Shown here: piece by piece, positions 1 through 8,436 of the stretch
Layout of the letters: each line of letters opens with the position of its first letter
How positions within the stretch are numbered: the stretch's first letter is position 1
Notes under the pieces: generated by a model
What the model was told of the DNA's origin: nothing
Databases searched by the model: none
The model's input: only the letters and a program-made list of their open reading frames with translations
Program-made: the position numbers and the translations under genes
Origin: an uncultured Microthrixaceae bacterium
GTDB lineage: Bacteria > Actinomycetota > Acidimicrobiia > Acidimicrobiales > DATDAH01
Direction of reading: 5' to 3'
NCBI GenBank assembly: GCA_963725155.1
Contig: CAVRXU010000007.1
Location: forward strand, 320,131 to 384,130
DNA length: 64,000 nucleotides

Positions 1-2
1 TC

Positions 3-314
3 GAGCTCCGCCTGGCCCCCGCGGCCGAGACCCTCGCCGCTCTCCCCCAGGACCCGCCCATCGACCTGGCCTTCGTCGACGCCGACAAGGAGGGGTACCC
101 CGGGTATCTCGAGCTCCTGGCCGAGCGCCTGCGGCCGGGTGGGGTGATCGCCGTCGACAACACCTTGTGGGGTGGTGCCGTCGCCGACCCCGAGGTCACC
201 GACGCGACGACGCAGGGTCTCCGTGACCTGAACGACGGTCTGGTCGACGACGCCCGCTTCGACACGGTGCTGCTCCCCCTCGGTGACGGGCTGACCCTCC
301 TGCGCAAGCGCTGA
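3..314 (+). CDS. Class I SAM-dependent O-methyltransferase (Methyltransf_3 / caffeoyl-CoA OMT-like), C-terminal 103 aa; 5' end lies outside the window
   Basis: My own translation of frame 3 from nt 3 gives ELRLAPAAETLAALPQDPPIDLAFVDADKEGYPGYLELLAERLRPGGVIAVDNTLWGGAV...LPLGDGLTLLRKR, with stop TGA at 312-314. The FVDADK and DNTLW motifs are typical of this family. It is absent from the ORF track because it has no start codon in the window. Confidence 0.75.
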   Translation, partial: ELRLAPAAETLAALPQDPPIDLAFVDADKEGYPGYLELLAERLRPGGVIAVDNTLWGGAVADPEVTDATTQGLRDLNDGLVDDARFDTVLLPLGDGLTLLRKR

Positions 315-428
315 AGCGGGGGGCGTACGCGCGCGCCGAGTGGCGCGGTCTACTGTGTCCACCGTCACAAGCCGAGGGGTCGTTCTCCGGTGGGTGGCAG
401 CACCATTCGAGGACGCGGGGGAGCACAC

Positions 429-2150
429 ATGACGAGCTGGTCGGCACGACGCTGGATGCTGCGGATGGGAGCCCTGCTCCTGGCCTTCGGGCTGATCGCC
501 GCGGCATGCGGGGGCAGCGGCGACTCGGGCGGCGACGACGCCAGTGGCGACAACCCCCGGGGCGAGGAGTCCAGCGACCCCGACGACGGGGCCGAGCCGC
601 AGCGCGGTGGCTCGATCATCTTCGCCAGGGAGGCGGAGACCTCCAGCCCCTGGACACCCTCGGCCATGATCTGCGACGTGGCCTGCCACCAGGCCATCAA
701 GGGCATCTACGACACCTTGACCTGGCCCGACGCCGACGGCGAGGTCCACGGGATGCTGCTCGAGTCCATCGAGCCCAACGCCGACTTCACGGAGTGGACC
801 CTCACTCCCCGTGACGGCATCCAGTTCCACGACGGCACCCCCTGGGACGTGGCCGCCCTCGACACCCACTTCTCGACGATGCGGGACTCGGTGCTGGTCG
901 GCAACGTGTTCAACGACATCACGGACCAGCAGGTCCAGGGCAACACCCTGGTCCTGACGATGCGCAACCCGTGGACGCACTTCCCGCTGTTCCTGTCGGG
1001 TCAGCCGGGCTATGTGGCCTCGCCGACCTGGCTGGCCGCCGTGGCCGACGGCTCCGCCTCGGAGGCCGAGCCCGTCGGCACCGGGCCGTTCGAGTTCGAG
1101 GCCTACTCCCCCGGCGACAGCTTCTCGATGACCCGCAACGAGAACTACTGGCTGATCGCCCCCGACGGCGAGCCGTACCCGTACCTGGACGAGATCGAGT
1201 TCCTGGTGCAGGACGAGAACCAGACCCGGGACAACGCCATCATCTCCGGCGACATCGACATCACCCACATGGACTCGGGTGACTCCATCGAGCGCCTCCG
1301 TCAGGAGGCCGACAACGGCACGATCAACCTCTTCGAGATCGACCAGCGTCAGGAGACGGGCTACGTCCTGATCAACTCCTCGGACCCGAATGCCGCGGTC
1401 AGCGACGTCCGGATCCGTCAGGCCATGGCCTACGCGTTCGACCACGTGGTGGAGAACCAGTCCCGCAACGCCGGCATCTTCGAGATCGCCAACGGGCCCT
1501 TCTCCCCCGGCTCCATCGGCTACCTGGACGACACCGGCTTCCCGGAGTTCGACCTCGAACAGGCCACGGCTCTGGTGGACGAGTACGAGTCCGACACGGG
1601 CCGGGAGGCGACGATCGCCTACAAGACGACCACGGACCCGTTCAACCTGCAGACGGCCGAGCTCTACCGCGGCTTCTGGGAAGCGGCGGGCATGACCGTC
1701 ACCCTCGACCAGATCGAGCAGGGCGAGTTCATCACCCAGGCCCTGATCGGCAACTTCGAGGCCTTCGGCTGGCGCAACCACGGCGGCTTCGACCCCGACA
1801 CCCAGGAGGTGTGGTGGACGAGCGAGAACGCCCTCCCCGCCGGGGAGATCGCGTTGAACTTCGGCCGCATCGACGACCCGGTGATCGACGAGAACCTGGA
1901 CATCGTCCGGGAGAGCCAGGACCCGGCCGAGCGCCAGGCCGCGGCCGAGGAGATCAACCGGCAGTTCGGTGAGCAGGTGTACAACATCTGGACCAGCTGG
2001 ATCATCTGGGCCATCCCCTATCAGGACCGGGTCCACGGCGTGCAGACCCCGGTCGTCATGCCCGACGGGACACCCTCGACGGTGACGGGCATCGGGTTCA
2101 CCGGCGCCATCAACCTGCAGCAGCTCTGGGTGGACGACGCCGGCACCTGA
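429..2150 (+). CDS. ABC transporter substrate-binding lipoprotein, family 5 (peptide/nickel, OppA/DppA-like)
   Basis: ORF 390..2150. I place the start at ATG 429: MTSWSARRWMLRMGALLLAFGLIAAAC is a signal peptide plus lipobox, and a GGGGGAG RBS lies upstream. Size and sequence fit a family-5 SBP. It is the first gene of a 5-gene ABC operon. Confidence 0.85.
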   Translation: MTSWSARRWMLRMGALLLAFGLIAAACGGSGDSGGDDASGDNPRGEESSDPDDGAEPQRGGSIIFAREAETSSPWTPSAMICDVACHQAIKGIYDTLTWPDADGEVHGMLLESIEPNADFTEWTLTPRDGIQFHDGTPWDVAALDTHFSTMRDSVLVGNVFNDITDQQVQGNTLVLTMRNPWTHFPLFLSGQPGYVASPTWLAAVADGSASEAEPVGTGPFEFEAYSPGDSFSMTRNENYWLIAPDGEPYPYLDEIEFLVQDENQTRDNAIISGDIDITHMDSGDSIERLRQEADNGTINLFEIDQRQETGYVLINSSDPNAAVSDVRIRQAMAYAFDHVVENQSRNAGIFEIANGPFSPGSIGYLDDTGFPEFDLEQATALVDEYESDTGREATIAYKTTTDPFNLQTAELYRGFWEAAGMTVTLDQIEQGEFITQALIGNFEAFGWRNHGGFDPDTQEVWWTSENALPAGEIALNFGRIDDPVIDENLDIVRESQDPAERQAAAEEINRQFGEQVYNIWTSWIIWAIPYQDRVHGVQTPVVMPDGTPSTVTGIGFTGAINLQQLWVDDAGT

Positions 2151-2190
2151 TCGGAGCCCCTGACACGACGAGAGGACGGGGAACAGGACC

Positions 2191-3144
2191 GTGAGATACA
2201 TCCGACAGAAGGTGGTCCAACTCGCGGCCGTCCTCCTCTTGGTGACGTTTCTCACGTTCCTGCTCCTCAACCTCCTCCCCGGCGGGCCGGAGACCGCGGC
2301 CCTCGGGATCGGGGCCGACGAGCAGGCCCAGGCCGAGTTCCGGGCCGAACAGAACCTCGACGATCCGCTGATCGTGCGCTACGCGGACTGGCTCGGGGGC
2401 ATCCTCACCGGCGACCTGGGTGACTCCCTGATCAGCAACGTGCCCGTGACCGAGCTGCTCGGCCAGCGGCTCCCGGTCACGCTCCAGTTGATGTTCTACG
2501 CCACCTTCCTGGCGCTGATCATTGCGGTGCCGTTGGGGATCCTGACGGCGTACAAGGCCGACTCCATGTTCGACAAGTCGGCCAACACCATCGCCTTCGG
2601 CCTTCTGTCCCTGCCCAACTTCATCGTCGGCGTACTGCTGGTCTTCTTGTTCTCCATACGCCTCGGGTGGTTGCCGGCGACCGGCTCCACGCCATTCGGC
2701 GAGGACCCGGTCGAGCACTTCCGGCGCATGATCCTGCCCACGATCGCCCTGGCCGTCGGCCAGATCGCGGTCTACATGCGTCTGCTCCGCACCGACATGA
2801 TCTCCACCCTTCAGGAGGACTTCATCGGTGTGGCCCGGGCCAAGGGCATGCCCACCCGCCGGATCCTGCTGCGCCACGCCCTGCGTCCCTCGAGCTTCTC
2901 GCTGCTGACCGTCGTCGCCATCAACGTGGGCCAGCTCATCGGCGGCACCATCGTCATCGAGCGCATCTTCGCCATCCCCGGGCTGGGCAGCCTGCTGGTG
3001 GAGTCGATCTTCAGGCGGGACTACCTCGTGGTCCAGGGCTGCATCGTCATCGTGGCGGTGGGCTTCGTGCTCGTGAACTTCATCGTGGACATCCTGTACG
3101 CCGTGCTCGACCCGAGGATCCGCCATGCCCGCGCCATCGCCTGA
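2191..3144 (+). CDS. ABC transporter permease (OppB/DppB-like)
   Basis: 317-aa polytopic protein with the BPD_transp_1-type EAA region (FIGVARAKGMPTRRILLRHALRPS), in operon context. Confidence 0.85.
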   Translation: MRYIRQKVVQLAAVLLLVTFLTFLLLNLLPGGPETAALGIGADEQAQAEFRAEQNLDDPLIVRYADWLGGILTGDLGDSLISNVPVTELLGQRLPVTLQLMFYATFLALIIAVPLGILTAYKADSMFDKSANTIAFGLLSLPNFIVGVLLVFLFSIRLGWLPATGSTPFGEDPVEHFRRMILPTIALAVGQIAVYMRLLRTDMISTLQEDFIGVARAKGMPTRRILLRHALRPSSFSLLTVVAINVGQLIGGTIVIERIFAIPGLGSLLVESIFRRDYLVVQGCIVIVAVGFVLVNFIVDILYAVLDPRIRHARAIA

Positions 3145-4081
3145 AGCCGGAACGCTCCACGCCGGAGGCAGCGGTGGCATCATCACCGAGTCGTCGGCCG
3201 AGGTGGCCCTCGACGCCATACGGGAGGGCGACACCGAGCGCGAGGTCAAGAAGCTCGGCCTCGGCTTCTGGATCGCGGTGGGTTGGCTGGCCCTGCTCAT
3301 CACGCTGGCCGTCCTCGCTCCCGTCCTGCCCTTCATCGAGGACCCCAACGTCTCCAACGCCGACGCCCTCGAGGCTCCGCCGTCCGCCGAGCACTGGTTC
3401 GGAGGCGACGACATCGGCCGGGACGTCTTCTCCCGGGTGATCTGGGGTGGGCGGGTCTCCCTGTTCATCGGGCTGGCCGCCGTCTCGTTCGGCTTCGTGA
3501 TCGGGGGCACGATGGGGCTGACCGCCGGGTTCTACGGGGGGCGCTACGAACGGGTCGTCATCGGCGCGATGGACATCATGTTGGCCTTCCCCGCGCTCGT
3601 ACTCGCCCTGGCCCTGGTCACCTTCCTGTCGGAGCCCGGGACCCAGAACGCGACCCTGGGCACGGTCACCCTCGTCTTGACCATCCTGGCCATTCCCGCG
3701 CTCGCGCGGATCACGCGGGCGGCGACGTTGTCGTTCTCCCAACGCGAGTTCGTGACCGCATCCCGCGCCCTCGGGGCCCGCAACAGCCGGATCATCGCCC
3801 GGGAGATCCTGCCCAACGTGGTGCCCCCCATGGCGGCCTTCGCCCTCATCGCCATCGCCATCGTCATCGTGGCGGAGGGCGCCTTGAGCTTCCTCGGCTT
3901 GTCGGTGGCCTCCCCCACGGCCACGTGGGGCAACATCATCGAGCAGGGTCGCCAAGGCCTCGACGACACGCCATGGATCTCGCTCTTCCCGTGCGCCGTC
4001 ATGTTCCTCACCCTCCTGTCGTTCAACTACGTGGGCGACCAGCTCCGGCGCTACTTCGACGTGAAGGAGGTCAACCTCTGA
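3125..4081 (+). CDS. ABC transporter permease (OppC/DppC-like)
   Basis: 318-aa polytopic protein with the motif REFVTASRALGARNSRIIAREILPNV. It overlaps the upstream gene by 20 nt, and its stop overlaps the next start (TGATG). Confidence 0.85.
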   Translation: MPAPSPEAGTLHAGGSGGIITESSAEVALDAIREGDTEREVKKLGLGFWIAVGWLALLITLAVLAPVLPFIEDPNVSNADALEAPPSAEHWFGGDDIGRDVFSRVIWGGRVSLFIGLAAVSFGFVIGGTMGLTAGFYGGRYERVVIGAMDIMLAFPALVLALALVTFLSEPGTQNATLGTVTLVLTILAIPALARITRAATLSFSQREFVTASRALGARNSRIIAREILPNVVPPMAAFALIAIAIVIVAEGALSFLGLSVASPTATWGNIIEQGRQGLDDTPWISLFPCAVMFLTLLSFNYVGDQLRRYFDVKEVNL

Positions 4082-5169
4082 TGCGCAGGGGTCGACGGCA
4101 GGTCGTGCTGGCGCGGTCCGACGTCGACGCGAACGTCCCCCTCCTCGAGGTCGTGGACCTCCGTACCCACTTCCTGACCGAGACCGGAACCGTCCGGGCC
4201 GTCGACGGGGTCAGCTTCACCCTCGACCGGGGCCGGACGCTCGGGGTCGTCGGCGAGTCCGGCTCCGGCAAGACGATCCTGTCCCGGTCGATCATGGGCC
4301 TCCTCCCGACCCGCAACGTCGTGCGGACCGGCAGTGCGAAGTACGAGGGCACCGAGGTGGCCGGCGCCGGGCCCGAGGAGATGCGCGGCCTGTGGGGCAC
4401 CGAGATGGCCATGGTCTTCCAGGACCCGATGACCTCCCTCAACCCCGTGATGACCGTGGGCAACCAGATCACCGAGTCGTTGCGCTACCACCTCGACATG
4501 GAGAAGGGCGAGGCCCGGGAGACCGCCATCGCCCTCCTGCGCTCCGTGGGGATTCCCGAGCCGGCCCAGCGGGTGAAGGAGTACCCCCACCAGCTCTCCG
4601 GAGGCATGCGCCAGCGCGTGATGATCGCCATCGCCCTGGCCTGCGGCCCCCGCCTGCTGCTGGCGGACGAGCCCACCACTGCGCTCGACGTCACGGTCCA
4701 GGCCCAGATCCTGGACCTCCTTCAGGCCCAGCAGACCGAGCGCCACATGGCGATGATCCTGGTCACCCACGACCTCGGCGTCGTGGCCGGCCGGGCCGAC
4801 GACATCGCGGTGATGTACGCGGGCAAGGTGGTCGAGAAGGCACCGACCAACGTGCTCTTCAGCTCGACGCGACACCCGTACACCGAGGCCCTGCTGAAGT
4901 CGATCCCCAAGCTGGAGCACACCAGCCACACCCGGCTGGCGGTGATCCCGGGCCGACCGCCGGACCTGGTCTCGCCGCCCGAAGGCTGCAACTTCAGCCC
5001 TCGCTGTCCGTACGCCCAGCCCAAGTGCTTCGTGGAGGAACCCGAGCTCGAGCCCGGTCCCGGCGGAGGCCACGAGTTCGCCTGCTGGTTCCCGGTGGGC
5101 ACCCCGGAGGGCACCGAGGCCCTGGCCCGCAACGCGAACGCCGCCGCCGTCAGCGAAGGGGTCGCCTGA
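4081..5169 (+). CDS. ABC transporter ATP-binding protein (OppD/DppD-like)
   Basis: Real start is ATG 4081; the long ORF 3283..5169 is an upstream extension. Walker A GESGSGKT, signature LSGGMRQR, Walker [13 protein letters not shown], and the C-terminal oligopeptide-transporter motif [11 protein letters not shown] are present. Confidence 0.9.
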   Translation: MRRGRRQVVLARSDVDANVPLLEVVDLRTHFLTETGTVRAVDGVSFTLDRGRTLGVVGESGSGKTILSRSIMGLLPTRNVVRTGSAKYEGTEVAGAGPEEMRGLWGTEMAMVFQDPMTSLNPVMTVGNQITESLRYHLDMEKGEARETAIALLRSVGIPEPAQRVKEYPHQLSGGMRQRVMIAIALACGPRLLLADEPTTALDVTVQAQILDLLQAQQTERHMAMILVTHDLGVVAGRADDIAVMYAGKVVEKAPTNVLFSSTRHPYTEALLKSIPKLEHTSHTRLAVIPGRPPDLVSPPEGCNFSPRCPYAQPKCFVEEPELEPGPGGGHEFACWFPVGTPEGTEALARNANAAAVSEGVA

Positions 5170-6602
5170 TGGCGGGCACCGGGACGGCCCACCTGCGCGA
5201 CCCGTCCGAGACCATCCTGCGAGCCGAGGACCTGGTGGTCGAGTTCCCCGTCGGCCGCACCGGCCTCAAGGTCCACGCCGTCTCGGGGATCAGCCTCGAC
5301 GTGAAGGAGGGCGAGACCCTCGGCCTCGTCGGGGAGTCCGGCTGCGGCAAGTCGACCACCGGCCGCGCCCTCATGCAGTTCCCCAGTCCCACCGGTGGCC
5401 GGGTCACCTTCGAAGGCGAGGAGCTGACCGCCCTGCACGGGGAGGATCTGCGCCACATCCGCACCCGGATGCAGATGATCTTCCAGGACCCGATCTCCTC
5501 GCTGAACCCGCGGCGCAAGGTCGGCGACATCGTGTCGGAGCCGCTGGCCATCTGGAGCCAGCCCGCCCGGCCGGACCGCGGACTGATGACCACGCTGGCC
5601 GCCATCCTGTGCTTCGGGATGGCGGTGGTCTTCGCCGTCCTGGCTGTGGTCTACGTCCTCCTCGCCGTCCTCCTGCTCACCGGGGCATGGGAGCGCTCGG
5701 CCACCCTGGGCCCGATCACCATCAAGAGCGCCGCCGTCGGCTTCTTCATCGGCTTCACCTCCGCAGGCGGGGCCGTCGCCTTCCGGGCCGTCGGCTACGG
5801 CATCTGGCGCCGGGACCCCGAAGGCCGGACCGAAGGGGTCACCGCCTTCGCCGCCTTCGCCACCCTCGGGTTGGTGGCCTGGGCGGTCATCGGCGTCTCC
5901 ATCCTCCTGTTCCTCGTCCCCGCCACCCTCCTCGCCCTGATCGTCATATTCCTCTACGGCCCCGGTGGCAGCCAGGACTTCCCGGGTGTCGGGCCGGAGG
6001 GCCAGGACCTGGTGGACGAGGTGCTGACCAGCGTCGGCCTCGATCCGACCGTGGCCCGGGCGAAGCGACCCCACGAGTTCTCCGGCGGCCAGTGCCAGCG
6101 CATCTCCATCGCCCGCGCCCTGGTGCTGGACCCCAAGCTCATCATCTGCGACGAGCCGGTGTCGGCCTTGGACGTGTCGGTGCAGGCCCAGATCCTGAAC
6201 CTCCTGGAGGACATGAAGGCCCGGTACGGCCTGACCCTCGTGTTCATCGCCCACGACCTGGCCGTGGTCAAGAACGTGAGTGACCGGGTCGCGGTGATGT
6301 ACCTCGGCAAGCTGTGCGAGGTCGCCCCCCCGGACCTCCTCTACGAGCGGCCCGCCCATCCGTACACCGACGCCCTCATCAAGGCCATCCCGGTGCCCGA
6401 CCCCGAGGTCCGGCCCGACGGGGTCTCCGAGAAGCTCCAGGGCGACCTGCCGTCCCCGGTGGCCCCGCCCAGCGGCTGCCACTTCCGGACCCGCTGTCCC
6501 AAGGCGCAGGACCGCTGCGCCGAGGAGGAGCCGATCATCCGCGCCGTCGGCGACGGCCAGTTCGTCGCCTGTCACTTCCCGCTGGTCGACGTCCCCGACT
6601 GA
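5169..6602 (+). CDS. ABC transporter ATP-binding protein (OppF/DppF-like) with a ~148-aa hydrophobic insertion between the Q-loop and the signature motif
   Basis: Start ATG 5169 overlaps the upstream stop (TGATG). Walker A GESGCGKST, Q-loop IFQDP, signature FSGGQCQR, Walker B LIICDEPVSALD and C-terminal GCHFRTRCP are present. The protein is 477 aa, versus about 330 aa expected. Confidence 0.85.
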   Translation: MAGTGTAHLRDPSETILRAEDLVVEFPVGRTGLKVHAVSGISLDVKEGETLGLVGESGCGKSTTGRALMQFPSPTGGRVTFEGEELTALHGEDLRHIRTRMQMIFQDPISSLNPRRKVGDIVSEPLAIWSQPARPDRGLMTTLAAILCFGMAVVFAVLAVVYVLLAVLLLTGAWERSATLGPITIKSAAVGFFIGFTSAGGAVAFRAVGYGIWRRDPEGRTEGVTAFAAFATLGLVAWAVIGVSILLFLVPATLLALIVIFLYGPGGSQDFPGVGPEGQDLVDEVLTSVGLDPTVARAKRPHEFSGGQCQRISIARALVLDPKLIICDEPVSALDVSVQAQILNLLEDMKARYGLTLVFIAHDLAVVKNVSDRVAVMYLGKLCEVAPPDLLYERPAHPYTDALIKAIPVPDPEVRPDGVSEKLQGDLPSPVAPPSGCHFRTRCPKAQDRCAEEEPIIRAVGDGQFVACHFPLVDVPD

Positions 6603-6648
6603 TCCGGGCCCCGGTGGGATCGGGGAACCGTCGTGCGAGGATGGCCCG

Positions 6649-7113
6649 ATGGCCCAAGCTCCCGCCCTCGAGATCGACAACGACCGCCACTACGAGGTGA
6701 CGATCCACACCAGCAAAGGTGACATCGTCATGGACCTCGACCCGGCCCTCGCCCCGGTGACGGTCAACCACTTCGTGGTCAACGCCCGCAACGGTTTCTA
6801 CGACGGCCTGACGTTCCACCGGGTCGTCCCCGGCTTCGTGATCCAGGGTGGCGACCCCTCCGGCAACGGCACCGGGGGACCCGGCTACAAGTTCGCCGAC
6901 GAGCCCGTCCAGGGCGAGTACCGCCTTGGCGCGGTGGCCATGGCCAATGCCGGCCCGGACACCAACGGCTCCCAGTTCTTCATCTGCATCGACGACTGCC
7001 GCAACAGCCTCGAGCCGCTCTACAACCTGTTCGGCTACGTGACCAGCGGGGTCGAGGTGGCCCAGGCCATCGCCGTGGGCGACACCATGACCTCGGTCTC
7101 GGTTGCCGAATGA
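6649..7113 (+). CDS. Peptidyl-prolyl cis-trans isomerase, cyclophilin type
   Basis: 154 aa with cyclophilin signatures FYDGLTFHRVVPGFVIQGGDP and GSQFFI. Confidence 0.9.
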   Translation: MAQAPALEIDNDRHYEVTIHTSKGDIVMDLDPALAPVTVNHFVVNARNGFYDGLTFHRVVPGFVIQGGDPSGNGTGGPGYKFADEPVQGEYRLGAVAMANAGPDTNGSQFFICIDDCRNSLEPLYNLFGYVTSGVEVAQAIAVGDTMTSVSVAE

Positions 7114-7310
7114 TCGGCGGGCCGAGCAGGCCTGCACCGCGATGAGCCGTCGGGCGAAGCGCCGTCGACCCTGACCCTGCCCCGCTCCGGCGGACCTTCA
7201 CCGTCCCGCCGGTCGATCTGCGTCGGACCCTGCGCGCCATCCGGCGCAGTGCCCACGACCCCACGACCCGGTGGGCCGGGGACGGTTTCTGGCGGGCGAC
7301 CCACACGGCC

Positions 7311-8084
7311 ATGGGACCGGCCACCCTGCATCTCCCCACCGACCCCGCGGGACCGGTCACCGATGTGATGGCCGAGGCCTGGGGGCCGGGGGCCGAGGCC
7401 GCCCTGGCCCGGGTACCGGGGATGGTCGGTGCGGTAGACCATCCCGAGGCCTTCGTGGCCCACCACCCGGCCGTGGCCGAAGTCGTGCGCCGCAGCCCGG
7501 GCCGGCGCCTGCCCGCCACCGGGACCCTGGTCGAGATCCTGGTCCCCACCATCCTGGAGCAGAAGGTCACCGGCCTGGAGGCCTGGGAGGCGTTCCGGGC
7601 CCTCTGCTGGAAGCACGGGTCCGATGCCCCTGGCCCGGCCCGCCTCCGGCTCCCTCCCCCGCCCGACCAGGTGGCCGAGATGGGCTACGCCGACTTCCAC
7701 CCGCTCGGCGTCGAACGGCGCCGGGCCGAGGTGATCCTGCGGGTCTGTCGCCGGTCGGACCGGTTCGAGGCTCTGCTCAGCCAGTCTCCGGTCGCCGCCC
7801 GCCGAACGCTGGAGCAGGTCCCCGGGGTGGGTCCCTGGACGTCGTCGTCGGCCACCCTGCTGGCCTTCGGTGACCCCGACGCCGTGGTCCTGGGCGACTT
7901 CCACCTCCCCCACATGGTCGTCAACGCGCTCACCGGGCGCCGGCGGGGCTCCGACGCCGAGATGCTCGAGCTGCTGGCTCCCTACACCGGCCAACGGGCT
8001 CGGGCGCAGGGGATCCTGGCCTCGCTCGGGGCCACCCCCCGGCGGGCTCCCCGCCTGGCCCCTCGGCGTTTCGCCCGGTACTGA
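7311..8084 (+). CDS. HhH-GPD superfamily DNA glycosylase (AlkA / 3-methyladenine glycosylase II-like); 5' end uncertain
   Basis: Helix-hairpin-helix region LEQVPGVGPWTSSSATLLAFGDPDAVVLGDFHLPH. Family-like N-terminal sequence (VDLRRTL...DPTTRW...FWRAT) continues in frame upstream to 7146 with no canonical start codon. Confidence 0.7.
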   Translation: MGPATLHLPTDPAGPVTDVMAEAWGPGAEAALARVPGMVGAVDHPEAFVAHHPAVAEVVRRSPGRRLPATGTLVEILVPTILEQKVTGLEAWEAFRALCWKHGSDAPGPARLRLPPPPDQVAEMGYADFHPLGVERRRAEVILRVCRRSDRFEALLSQSPVAARRTLEQVPGVGPWTSSSATLLAFGDPDAVVLGDFHLPHMVVNALTGRRRGSDAEMLELLAPYTGQRARAQGILASLGATPRRAPRLAPRRFARY

Positions 8085-8136
8085 TCCACAGGAATTCCCC
8101 AGGCAACGCCTCTTCCTTCCCACAGGCAGTGGTCTC

Positions 8137-8142
8137 TACTCT
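8137..8142 (+). promoter_or_regulatory. Candidate -10 hexamer (TACTCT, TANNNT type) placed for a leaderless transcript starting at ATG 8149
   Basis: It lies in the only relatively AT-rich intergenic stretch (8085-8148). There are 6 nt between the hexamer and the A of the ATG, and no SD-like sequence. Speculative. Confidence 0.25.
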
Positions 8143-8148
8143 CGGGCC

Positions 8149-8436
8149 ATGGTCGGCTACGAGGTGGTGTTCAAGGACAAGACGGTGGAGCGGATCTTCG
8201 GCGCCGACGCCTACGCCCAGGAAGGGCCGATGACGACCTTCTTCGAGCGGGCGCCGGGTCGTCAGGTCGTGGACTGCTGGAGCAACCGTGTGGCCAGCCT
8301 GCGCACCCAGGACATCCTGATCATCCGCCGTGAAGCAGGCTGCGCAGTGGGACCGGAGCAGCTCGGTGGACCTTCAGCTTCGGCGACGCCGGACGTGCTG
8401 AGCGAAGCGACGCCAGTCGACTGTCATGGCACGTAG
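8149..8436 (+). CDS. Hypothetical small protein (95 aa); the C-terminal ~28 aa are encoded by a repeat element
   Basis: Internal ATG of ORF 7870..8436. The N-terminal 60 aa (MVGYEVVFKDKTVERIFGADAYAQEGPMTTFFERAPGRQVVDCWSNRVASLRTQDILIIRRE) have protein-like composition. I recognise no family. Confidence 0.35.
   Translation: MVGYEVVFKDKTVERIFGADAYAQEGPMTTFFERAPGRQVVDCWSNRVASLRTQDILIIRREAGCAVGPEQLGGPSASATPDVLSEATPVDCHGT
8345..8425. repeat. Dispersed copy of the 99-bp GC-rich repeat family (see 25461-25763)
   Basis: By-eye alignment: gcgcagtgggaccggagcagctcggtggaccttcagcttcggcgacgccggacgtgctgagcgaagcgacgccagtcga versus the unit gcggagtcggagcggagcagctcagcggaccctcgggatcggcggcgccggagttgctgagcgaagcgaagccactcaga. 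Confidence 0.6.

Noticed and set aside
3283-5168. The long 5' extensions of the two ATPase ORFs (3283-5169 and 4392-6602).
   Set aside because: The upstream parts overlap the permease and first ATPase genes out of frame and are Arg/Pro-rich. Family-typical N-termini begin at ATG 4081 and ATG 5169, each overlapping the preceding stop.
5559-6002. The OppF insertion as an intein, IS/MITE insertion or gene fusion artefact.
   Set aside because: There are no intein splice motifs (no Cys/Ser/Thr at the N-junction with a terminal His-Asn), and no terminal inverted or direct repeats. The frame and codon bias are continuous with the flanks, and the composition is that of TM helices. Misassembly cannot be excluded without reads.
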